From: the human T2T-CHM13v2.0 reference genome, Homo sapiens
Direction: 5' to 3' (one strand)
NCBI RefSeq assembly: GCF_009914755.1
Contig: NC_060940.1
DNA length: 64,000 nucleotides
Below are positions 52,480 through 64,000 of this stretch, one piece after another (the first letter of the stretch is position 1; the number at the start of each line of letters is the position of its first letter). The notes under the pieces are model-generated. The model worked only from the letters and a program-made list of their open reading frames with translations. It was not told the origin of the DNA and did no database searches. Position numbers and translations under genes: made by a program.

Positions 52480-55400
52480 AACAAAGAAGGGACAATTTGA
52501 AAATATTTGGTTGTATTAAAACCAGACATGTCAATGATTTCATTAGTAACGTAAGTGTACTAAATGCCTTAAATAAAAGCAAAGATTGTCACGCTGAAAA
52601 AAAGGGCAAGATCCAACTTTTTCAGTCTACAAGAGATGCATTTTATCCTTAAATAACAGATGAATTTCAAGTATAAGGGTGAAAAAACATATCATGCAAA
52701 TATAGTAAGCATAAAAAATAACCTGGCATGGCTATGTTAGTTAAAGCCAAAGTAGACTTAATGCAAAAAGTATTAAGGGAGAAAAAGATAAAAATTACAT
52801 AGTGATACAGGAAGCAATGCGCCAGGAAGACAAGAAGTTTCTAAATAGCTCTTCACCAGATAAAAGGTAATCAAAATTCATTCGCTGAACTCTCAGAACT
52901 AAAGGAATAAATACATAAATCATCAAGGATAGCCAGATATTTTAACATCCTTGTTTCAACAATTAATGCAACTACTTGACAAAAAAATTAAGAAGTATAT
53001 AAAAGAACTAAACAACATTATCAACCTGCTAGATCTAATTGTCATGTATAGAACTTCCCAATCAAATTCCATAAAATCCACATGCTTTTCAAGAGCCCAT
53101 TGAATGCTCTTCAGTAGAGACCCTATGCCTGACCATAAAATAAATCTCCATAAATTTTAAGTTAGAAACTTAGAAAATACTTTCTGAAAAATTAAATTAA
53201 TAATCAGTAACATAAAAATATTTATAAAATCTTCAGACACTTGCAAATCAAAGTTTTTAAATGATCCATGAGTCAAACAGAAAATTTCAGTGATGATGAT
53301 CCGTAAGTCAAATAAAGAATTTCAGTGGAAATGTGGAATATTTTAAACTAAACGAAAATGAAAAAAGCAAGCATATCAAAATCTCTAAGTAGTAGATATA
53401 GCAGTTACAGCTTTAAAATGTCTATGTTAGAAAAGACAAATGCTTCAAAGCAATAACCTATACTTTCACCTTAACTTTGAAGTCAAAAGAACCTATGGCA
53501 ATTTCTGAAGTAGAACAATAGAGGTAATAAATAGCAAAAAACAATATTATAGAAAGCACAAATTATAAAAAAAGGAATGTCAAAAGCTAGATTTTTAAAA
53601 AGATATATAAAAGTAGTTAACATACAGAAAGAAAAACAGAGAACAGCTTACGAATAACTAGAGTGAAAGTAAAAATATCAGTACTTATTCTACAACATCA
53701 AAGAATACTTAAAAAATGTTATAACCACTCTCTGCTAATAAATTCTACAGAGCAGATGGAAGGAGAAATTCCTTAAAAACAAATTACCAAAATTGATGGC
53801 AGAAGAAATAAAAAGATCTGAATATCCTAAATTCATTATATAAATCAAAGTTGTTTTTAACAAAATTACCAACAAATAAATATAAATGAATTTGAATGTT
53901 TTAAACAAAGAAGAATAAAATATCAATTTACTTAAACTTTTCCAGAAAGTAGGGATAGACACTTCCCAACTATTTTATGAGGTCAGCATTACCCTTACAC
54001 ACAAAGTCTGACAATAACAATACAAAAAAAGAAAAATTAAAACCACTATCCTTTAAGAAGCTATATGTAAAATCTAAAAAAAATTAATAATTAAAATCCA
54101 TAAATAAATAAATATCTACATGTGGATATCTAGATATATAAAATGAACTGTGACTTTTAGTGGAACTTACATCAAAAATACAAAATTTTTGCAATATTCA
54201 AAAAGACATCAATAAAATATAGTGTATTCTCAGAATAGAGGAAAAATGTTATTTTTGATCAATTTAATAATATTAAAAAAATAAGCTCTTGACAAAATTC
54301 AATATGGATACACTATCAAAAGTATCAGCAAACTAGATAAACAAAGAAACTTCCTAAGCCTGAACAAAGCCATTAAAAATAAGTCTATACCTAACACCAT
54401 TCTTAAGGGTAAACGACTGAATTATTTCCCATGTGATTAGAAATAAAGTAATACAGCAGGGTGCAGTGCCTCACGCTGGTAATCCCAGCACTTTGGGAGG
54501 CCAAGGTGGGTGGGTCACCTAAGGTCAGGAGTTTGAGACCAGCCTGGCCAACATGGCGAATCCCCTTCTCTGCTAAAAATACAAAATTAGCTGGGTGTGG
54601 TGGCGCCTGTAATCCCAGCTACTCGGAAGGCTGAGACAGGAGAATTGCTTGAACTCAGGAGGTGGAGGTCTCAAAAAAAAAAAGGAAAAAAGAAAGAATG
54701 TAATACTATCTACTCTTACCATATCCATGCAATAAAGTAATCATCATCATCATCATCATCTGAAATAAAGATAATTACTATTATTACTGTTAGAGGCTTA
54801 AAGATTGAAAAGACATAAAACTCTTAGCTTCTATTCTTGATAACTCCAACACAATTCTTCAGTAGAAAATCCTTGGGATTTTTTTTTTTTTTAATCCTGG
54901 AACAAACAAATGAATTTAGCATGGTTACAGGACATAAAGTAAATATTCAAGAGTAAATTTTATTTCTTTATATTAGAAGCAAACTTTTCAAAATATCATT
55001 CACGTTATCCAAATGTGAAGTACTTAGAGATAAATTTAACAATATATGTGCATGACCAGTACAATAAAAAGGCATAAATCATTACTTAGAGAAATAAATA
55101 CAATCTAAATAAATATAAATGTATGCCATGTTCATAGATTAAAAGACTTGAGTACATTTTCTCAATATCGATCTATAAATTCAGCTCAATACTAATTGAA
55201 ATCTCAACGGTAATTTTTGTAGGAATTGCAAAGTAGACTGTGAAATTCATGTGGAAACACAAAGGACTTCAAATAGTCAAAATAACTTTGTAATAGTATA
55301 AAAAGCCCAAGGATTGATACCATCTGACTTAAAGACTTATTCTAAATTATTAATGATCAATATAGAATAATATCAATATAAGAACTGACATGTAAATAAT

Positions 55401-56655
55401 TGAAACAGAATAGAGTACAGAAATAGACATCCTCATATATAGTTAATTGATGTGTAGTTGGGTGACTAATTTGGTAGAAAATACTAGCAATTTCAACAAA
55501 TTATATTGAAAAAATTAAATATTTCTAAGTATATAAAATTGGTTTTAATTGACTTCTACCACGCATCATATGTACAACTGAACTTACACGCCTAAAAGAA
55601 AACTTAGGAGAAAAAATTTTCAACCTTTGTTTGGACAAATATTTCTAATATGCTACACAAAAATTATATAACATTAAAAAATTAAGTTCAGCTTGACCAA
55701 AAGTAAAATCTTCTACATTTAAAAAGATGTGCCATCTAAAAATAAAAAGACTAAGTACTAGATGACAAAAATTCTTAGCATATATATCTGAAAAAATACT
55801 TAAGCCCTGAATATAGAAATAAATAATATAACCTAATATTAGTAAAAAACATAAAGCAATTTTAAAATGAGCAAATGTATTAAACAAACACTTCATTAAA
55901 GAAGATATGCAAATGGTAAATACTACATAAAAGAATGTTTAATAACATTAGTCATCTAGGAAGTGCAAATTAAAACCCAATGGGATAACATTTCATGCTT
56001 ACTAAATTGGCCACAATTAAAGTAGACCTGGAATACCAATTCTAGACAGTATGTTCCAACTGCTATCTCATGTGCTGTGGAAGGAGTGTAAAATAGTGCG
56101 ATCATTTTTGAAAACATTTTTGACAGGTTTTCATAAAGTTAAACATACATTTAGCATAGCAGTATGTCTTCTAGGTATTTACCCAAGAGACACGAAAGCA
56201 TGAATTCATAAAAACCTTGCATGTAAATGTAAATAACAGGCGCATGTATAACAGTCCAAACTAATAATAACCCAAATGTCCATTAAAAGTGAATGGATAA
56301 ACAAACTGTGGTATATCCATTGAATTGATACTACCCAGCAAAACTAAGAAAAATAACTATGCTTTTGATCAAAAGAAACTGCACACAGGAGTCCAAACTG
56401 TATGATTACATTTATATAAATTCCAGAACGGGCAAAAGCAATCTATGTTGATGGAAATCAGATCAATGTTTCCCTGGTTTGAGGGATGAGGATGAGAAAG
56501 AATGAATAAATTTTCTACAGCAATTGAACTGTTCATTATATTGATGGAGTTGGTGGTTACATCAGCATGTTGCAACTATGAAAAGTACATTAGTATGTAC
56601 AACTGTATACTAAATGTGTCTGAATTACATTTGTGTATAAATTATACCTCAATAG
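52480..56655 (+). mobile_element. Ancient L1 (L1MC/MD/ME-type) ORF2 and 3' end, interrupted by an Alu
   Basis: A-rich decayed ORF2 motifs (cacttcccaactattttatgaggtcagcattaccct; aacccaaatgtccatt...gaatggataaacaaactgtggtatatccat) ending aattatacctcaata. Confidence 0.85.
54455..54690 (+). mobile_element. AluS with right-arm deletion
   Basis: Left arm intact; ggtggagg joins directly to tctcaaaa; TSD agaaataaagtaatac (54439-54454) / agaaagaatgtaatac (54691-54706). Confidence 0.93.
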
Positions 56656-57021
56656 ATCACACATACACACACATATGCACACCACTAGGCTGGACTTGTG
56701 ACATGGTGACACTTTCCCTACCTACCTAAGACAAGAGTTAAAGTGAATCCAGGATCTCACTTTTCTATAACCGAACTGATCTGTGTGTTTTTATCCTATT
56801 CCTATAGTTTAAAAAGTCAGAAGCAATCCCATAGCCACTTAGTCTTCACGACCATACGAATATGTTTTCATAGGTTCATGAGTGGCTGTGTTTGTGTTCA
56901 TTCATTTTTAATTGGCTTTATTTTCTGATTTTACATTCTGGATTGGGAAGAGACCTATCTGGAAAGTGGCATCTGCCCAAGGTTCAGGAAATATGGATCT
57001 TCCATGGAGTAAGACAAATAT

Positions 57022-57210
57022 TTTCCCATGTGATTAGAAATAAAGTAATACGGCAGAGTACTGTGGCTCTTGCCTGTAATCTCAGCACTTTGGGAGGCCA
57101 AGGCAGGTGGATCACCTAAGGTCAGGAGTTCCAGACCAGCCTGACCAACATGGTGAATCCCTGTCTCTACTAAAAATACAAAAAGCAGCCTGGCATGGTG
57201 GCGCCTGTAA
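57022..57210 (+). repeat. Duplicate of 54425-54612 (30-bp L1 flank plus Alu 5' part)
   Basis: Identical tttcccatgtgattagaaataaagtaatac, then Alu sharing private variants cacctaagg, gaatcc and ggtggcgcctgtaa. Confidence 0.92.
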
Positions 57211-57296
57211 GTCTTTTCCTTGTCTTACTCCATGGGAGTAAGATTCCTGCATATATGGAGTGCAGGTTGATTTGTAGCCTCTGAGCAATTTCCAAC

Positions 57297-57620
<324 letters not shown>

Positions 57621-58021
57621 TAGAACATTACAATATCTGTATCTCTTCCTTTGGAATAGAAAATTTGATGCTCTTATTTATTTTCCAAACAAAAAGTGTG
57701 TGGTAAAGTGGACATTTTTACCACACTTCTTCATCTACAATCTTTAGTGCATCATATGCAGGAACTTTTCCTTCCAGAAAGCAAGAGACTATTACCAAGA
57801 TTTTTTGGGGGGATGCTCTGTGAATGGTGTTCTTCTTGGAGTTAGCTTCTCTGGCTTGATCTCAGGTAGCAAATCCTAATTTTTAAAAAGATAAACACAG
57901 TTTTTAGACTTTCAACAAACAGCCACCATTAAGAACAAGGACCAGTTTTCAAGATGCTTCGTAGTATTTGCTTTAAAGGCAAAAATGAACTCATGGTAGG
58001 GGAAAAGCCATGCTTTTCTTA

Positions 58022-58317
58022 TTCTTTTTTCATTTTGAGACAGAGTCTTGCCCTGTCGCTCAGGTTGGAACGCAGTAGGGCAGTCTTGGTCACTGCAACC
58101 TCCACCTCCCAGGTTCAAGTGATTCTTCTCCCTCAGCTTCCCCAGTAAGTGGGACTACAGGCGCTCCCCACCATGCCCGGCTAATTTTTGCATTTTTAGT
58201 AGAGATGGGGTTTCACCATGTTGGCCAGGCTGGTCTCAAACTCTTGACCTCAAGTGATCCACCCGACTCGGCCTCCCAAAGTGCTAAGATTACAGGTGTG
58301 AGCCATCGCACACCGGC
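58022..58317 (-). mobile_element. AluS (Sx/Sz-like)
   Basis: ttgagacagagtcttgccctgtcgc...gacctcaagtgatccacccg...ccggc. Confidence 0.95.
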
Positions 58318-59250
58318 TGGTTTCCTTACCTGTTAAGGATAGTGAATTTCTTCTGTTTGAGAAGGAAGTCTTTATGGATCAAACATTGTCTTTTTTCCTT
58401 CTGGTGTGCCATATATGATTTTTCACTGTTATATAATGACAAAACCATCCATAAAGCACCTATTATGCAGAGAAGACAGGACATTAGCCTGGGTACATAC
58501 CCCTCCATATTTTTACTTTAGTGAGTATGAATATTCTTTAATTATCTCCTCTTTAATATTCTTTGTTTTATTTATTTAAAGATTCTGTTTTCAGGGATTC
58601 TGTGTGAGTCAGTTATGAGACTCAAACAAGTAAATGAAATTCTGCTGTGATGAAGTTCCACAATATTGCTACTAATAGCAACTCACATATATTGAACTTA
58701 AATTATATATGTTGCCACATTCCAGCCACTATTATTCCAAATCTAACTGATCCCACATAAAACCACAAAGATGATTTTTCTGTTTTCTCTCTCTCTCTGT
58801 CATTCTGGGAAAGGGTCATATAGGGAAAGTTAATTTTGGCTCTGGTTTGCTTATGGGAATGCAATTTAAATGATAGCAAAGACATTAGCGAAACTGAAAA
58901 TTTGGGGAAAATTTGGGGAAGTTAACTAAATTCCATGTTTATAAATTAAAGATGATAATTCCTACCCCACAGACTTACTACAAAGAATACTTGAGATAAA
59001 TTCTGTATGGCATTTATTACAATAATTAGCAGTATGGGTAGAACTGCAAACATGATATTCTTTCCTCTTTCTCCATTATTAACAGTAAAAGTTGTACTTG
59101 ATGGATCCTATTTACCATTATGATATAAAACTAAGAAAATATCCCTTTATATCCAGAGATACTGATAGAAAAGCTATTTTATTTTCAATTTCTTGAGAAA
59201 GAAAACATAGTGTCACTTTATTCAAATCACACCCATCACTCATATCTTAG

Positions 59251-59568
<318 letters not shown>

Positions 59569-59789
59569 ATCACAGCATAGACTCAGTTTGGTCCCCCAAT
59601 GGCACAGAGTTCCTCTGTAACTTTATGATATGTGAAAGTGGACTGTTTATACTGCCAGCTGCTAACATGTCCCACATTTGTGGACCCGTACATGAATGGC
59701 TTTCTTTTGTTCTCACTGGAATGGAAAGACCCCCAACAAAGTAAACCATTGGCATATATGTCAAAAGCTGTGTCATTAAGAGTTTTCAA

Positions 59790-60165
59790 ATGAAGGAATA
59801 CTATGCAGCCATAAAAAAGAAGAAAATCATGTCCTTTGCAGGAACATGGATGGAACTGGAGGCCATTATCCTTAGCAAACTAATGCAGGAAGAGAAAAAC
59901 AAATATCACATGTTCTCACTTATAAGTGGAAGTGAAATAATGAGGACACATGGACAGAAAGAGGGGAACAACAGGCCCTAGGGCCCACTTGAGGGAAGTG
60001 GGTGGATGGAGGGAAAGGTTCAGGAAAAATAAAAAAATCTGTTGGGTACCCAGGTGAGAAATTAATCTGTACAACAAACTGTCGAGTCATGAGTTTACCT
60101 ATATAACAAACCTGCACATGTACCCCTGAACCTAAAATCAAAGTTAAAATATTTATTTAAAAAAG
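59790..60165 (+). mobile_element. L1PA (older, about PA13-16) 3' fragment
   Basis: ORF2 end EYYAAIKKKKIMSFAGTWMELEAIILSKL and 3' UTR ...aacaaacctgcacatgtacccctgaacctaaaat. Confidence 0.9.
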
Positions 60166-60173
60166 AACGCCCA

Positions 60174-60473
60174 GGCTAGGCATGGTGGGTCATGCCTGCA
60201 ATCCCAGCACTTTGGGAGGCCGAGGCAGGCGGATCACCTGAGGTCAGGAGTTCGAGGCCAGTCTGGCCAACATGGCAAAATTACATCTCTACTAAAAGTA
60301 CAAAAAGTTACAGGGCATGGTGGCACATGCCTGTAATTCCAGCTACTCAGAAGGTGGAGGCATAAGAATCGCTTGAGCCCGGGAGGTGGAGGTTGCAGTG
60401 AGTCGAGATTGCCTCACTGCACTCCAGCCTAGCCTGGGTACTCTGTCTCAAAAAAAAAAAAAAAAAAAAAAAA
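60174..60473 (+). mobile_element. AluS, inserted next to the L1 tail
   Basis: ggctaggcatggtgg...ggatcacctgaggtcaggagttcgag...A24; short TSD ending gccca. Confidence 0.95.
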
Positions 60474-61751
60474 GCCCAATGTAGGCCCTATCTCATTTCT
60501 TCATGCTAACGGGAAATATGGTGTAATTTTCTTTATACAAGACCAACTTGGATCCTAGTTCTGATTGACACCAATATAATCATTGTAATACAAAAAACAC
60601 AAAGAGGATTCCAGTTTAGCCAAACTTGTATTATTAAGATACAACTAAGATATATTTATTATAGTATTACCGAAGTAAAACTCAAGACTGATTACAGGTT
60701 CTGGAGGTATGTTTCAGTAGAGTATGTGTCAATCTGGAGAGAATTTCAATGTATTTACTTTTATATATAAACCTATTATCAACGATAGAAGTGTAAATAC
60801 TGTGATTTATTGCATGTCTTTATCTTCATTTATTTTAACTGCTATGAAACTCTGTACTTTCTCTTTCACTTTTACCCCTTCTATTAACTTCTCCTATATA
60901 GGTACAGAAAATATTTTACAGATTGTTTATCCATTCAATTGTGGTTTTATTTGGCCTTGTCTGAGTGGGATATCCTAAGCCCTCAGTAAAAAAAAAGGGG
61001 AAACGTTTCAGCCTCTTAAAGCATGAATTGAAATTGTTCCATCCTCTTCAGATATTCTGAGTGATGGCAAAAAGTGTTATCATCAAGCACCATTGGTTCA
61101 GTTCTATACTAATGTGATTTGAATGGACTGAAGGTATATTTTTATATTGTAAATATCCAGTCCTTGTCTTCTCCAGAACTAGGTAGAAACAAAACAAGAT
61201 AATAATTAAAATGTTTCCTAGATAAGCAGATCTCTAAACCTATATATTAAGTAGTGAACTTTTTAGATGTTTTCCTGTTGGCCAAAATCTTAGAAAATTA
61301 AAGGAATGTAATGTTGTATCTGTAGAAAACAATAGGCATCTCCTAGAAGAGATGCATTTGAGAAATTCACTCTCATGGCAGTATCGTTTGAGAAAAATGA
61401 CATTTAAGATTGATGGAATGTAAGTTTAGGCTTGTACAACATTACAAGTGAAATGGGAAAATGTTACCAATTTTAAAAAGTATATGTTTTGCTCTCATTT
61501 AGCAATATTAAAGAATGCTGCTAAAATAATAATTGCCAATTATTGAGTATTGAATAATTTATTAATGCAATTCTAATTACTCTTTATACATACTCGTGTA
61601 TGTATTTGTGTATGTGTATATGTATATATATGTCTGTGCGTATAAACAGACAGATACATATATTTCTCAAAATCACGCAGCTGCTCTATAACAGAGGAAG
61701 AACCGGAACTTACAACCAGATCTGTCTATACCAAGCACCTATCACCAATAG

Positions 61752-61823
61752 ATACTTGAGTCGTTATCTATAACATAGATTATAGGTAACAGACACCTCT
61801 GTTATAGGTAACGACTCAAGTAT
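61752..61823. repeat. 27-bp inverted repeat (hairpin), 18-nt loop
   Basis: atacttgagtcgttatctataacatag (61752-61778) versus ctctgttataggtaacgactcaagtat (61797-61823), 25/27 complementary. Confidence 0.93.
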
Positions 61824-62726
61824 ACTCTACTCTTTCCACCAGGTAATTTATACCATGTGTCATTCAGTTTCCATTATAGGTGCGGGATCTTTGTTTGACC
61901 AATCTCTTAGATTTGTCAGAGATCCCCTTTAGTGCTGTGGTTGTCCGTGGTACACAGCGATTGCACTTAGAAGCTGAGTGGAAACTTGTGGTCCAGGCTT
62001 GGTATTAACAGTGTGATGATTCTGTTCACAAGGAGACAGGAGAATTCTGCTCTGCCCTGGCTGCTTGTCCATCTGATCAGTTTCCTCAAGCCAGTCCTCC
62101 ATGGGGCCAGTCTCTTGGCATGTCCAATGCCACTCCTGTACCCTTTCTTTGGCTCAGGCCCACTAGTCTTCTACTGTATATAATAATATTGCAGTAAAAG
62201 TCTCCAGTCGTGGTATCTTTGAAAATAACAAGGAATAAACTTAGGTTTTGGTATGTTAGATAACTAACCTGATTTCTGGCAGCCAGAAGCTCTTCATGTT
62301 TCCATGAATTTGAGTGAATTTTAGTGGGACATCCGCACAGGACAAATACCACTCCTGGAATCCTTGAATAACACTGGGTGCTTTCAGGTCCCTGGGGAGG
62401 CAGCCCTGATCAGTCACCACAAATGTGGTTGCAAATATATTAGGTTCCAATGATAGAAATGCAAAGAAATTTTGGTGACCAGTTATACGTGTAATCCCCA
62501 GGAAGGTTACCCATGTAACCTCTGTCTACTTAAGTAGTCATGTCTTCTACTTAATGCAGTTGCTTCAAATGGATTTGCATTATATGCACCTGCTATGCCT
62601 AGCATCTTTTGGGGAGGGTGCAAACAAATAATTGAAAAATCAAAGAAAAAAAAAATGGAACCAGAAAGGTAATAAAGTTTTCTTTTGTTGATTAATTCGG
62701 GGCACTGTTCATGACTTCATTCATAC

Positions 62727-63036
<310 letters not shown>

Positions 63037-63529
63037 CATCCATACATGTTTTTATGGAAAATGATGGTATATTCAAACAGAGGAATTGAGTAAAGTTTAA
63101 TGAAAGACTATTTATGAAGGTGTCTGTGAGGTTGGTAGAACTAGGGGTGGTGTGTTGACAGGGACAATCAATGTTGAGAAGCCCTTAACACCCCTCATTA
63201 CACCTAGGATCCGATTTTCCAACCATATTCTTGTCAACCAGAGATCTTCCCTAAATAATGTTATGGAGACTGGCAAACATATCCAAAGACTTATACTAAA
63301 TAGAGATCTGAGAAGTCGGGGGTTTCTTCCCAGGTCCTTCCTTCCAGTCCTGCCTGTATTAGACAATTTTAGCTTTGCAAATTCTTTTAAATTTGCCCCA
63401 TTCTTTCTTATTTTCATGTTATCATCATATTCTTTAGAAGTTATTTTCCTACACTTTTGTAATAACTGTGTCTCAAGGATAACCTCATATAAATCCATTC
63501 TGCTATATCAAAAACAATGCAAATAATGA

Positions 63530-63710
63530 CCACAATATCATTTATCAAGTTCTAACTATGTGTCAAGCACTTTGATACATGCTCTAAAATTTTATTAGTA
63601 CTGATACTTAAAAAAAGACTCTCTGATAGAAGTATTATTAATCCCATTTTAAAGATGAGTAAGTGAGGCAGTTTTTCAGTATCAGACAACTACCAAGTTA
63701 TAAAACTAGG
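63530..63710 (-). mobile_element. MIR fragment
   Basis: actatgtgtcaagcac...tattattaatcccattttaaagatgagtaagtgaggc. Confidence 0.6.
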
Positions 63711-63729
63711 CCGTATATTTTGGTCTCAC

Positions 63730-64000
63730 TCTTTAATTAAGGCATAATCAGCAAATGAAAATCGTACATTTTTAAGTGTTTTATACATGGTTTGTGCTTT
63801 GATATAAGTATACATTGTATAATGATCCCAACAATCAGATTAATTAACCTATCCATTACCTGGCATACTTACCATTTGCACATGTGTGTGTGTTTGTAGA
63901 GAACACTTAAGATCTATTCCCTTAGCAATTTTTAAAAAATTGATACTTCATTTTATTACTGAATAATATTCCATTGTATACATAGGTTACATTTTTTTAA
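63730..64000 (-). mobile_element. L1MA/MB-type 3' end, runs off the window
   Basis: aattaacctatccattacc...gagaacacttaagatcta...ttagcaatttt...actgaataatattccattgtata. Confidence 0.7.

Noticed and set aside
57002-57235. Novel MITE with 16-bp TIRs
   Set aside because: Interior is a copy of local Alu plus flank and one arm derives from the target site; better explained as a repair scar (reported as a finding)
63112-63526. Overlapping antiparallel 128-aa and 124-aa ORFs
   Set aside because: No recognisable homology, promoter or splice context; one end overlaps a probable degenerate LTR fragment

Overview
AT-rich, non-coding primate (most likely human) genomic DNA, intergenic or deep intronic. 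I find no credible protein-coding exon, RNA gene or CpG island. The ORFs in the track are decayed L1/Alu sequence or chance ORFs. A large fraction is interspersed repeat: about 10 Alus (S and Y types, one FLAM-like), an L1PA-type insertion with a 5' inversion and 13-bp TSD, a near full-length old L1M on the minus strand, further old L1 fragments, MaLR/ERVL/ERV1 solo LTRs, hAT MITEs (MER20, MER5A, MER33, MER53), MIR/L2 relics and microsatellites. Subfamily names come from memory of consensus sequences, not from a search. The most interesting structure not explained by repeats is a set of locally templated insertions. (1) A ~350-bp insert at 33462-33811 is stitched from two downstream donors (34061-34361 and 37873-37929) and bounded by a 14-bp duplication. 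(2) A ~190-bp copy of an Alu plus its flank sits at 57022-57210 between perfect 16-bp inverted repeats. (3) Smaller fold-back or inverted inserts occur at 10641, 45709 and 61752, the last forming a 27-bp-stem hairpin. These resemble fixed scars of serial template switching (FoSTeS/MMBIR or Pol theta-type repair), a known mechanism class; I cannot support a new gene system here. A few unique stretches are weak enhancer or lncRNA-exon candidates.
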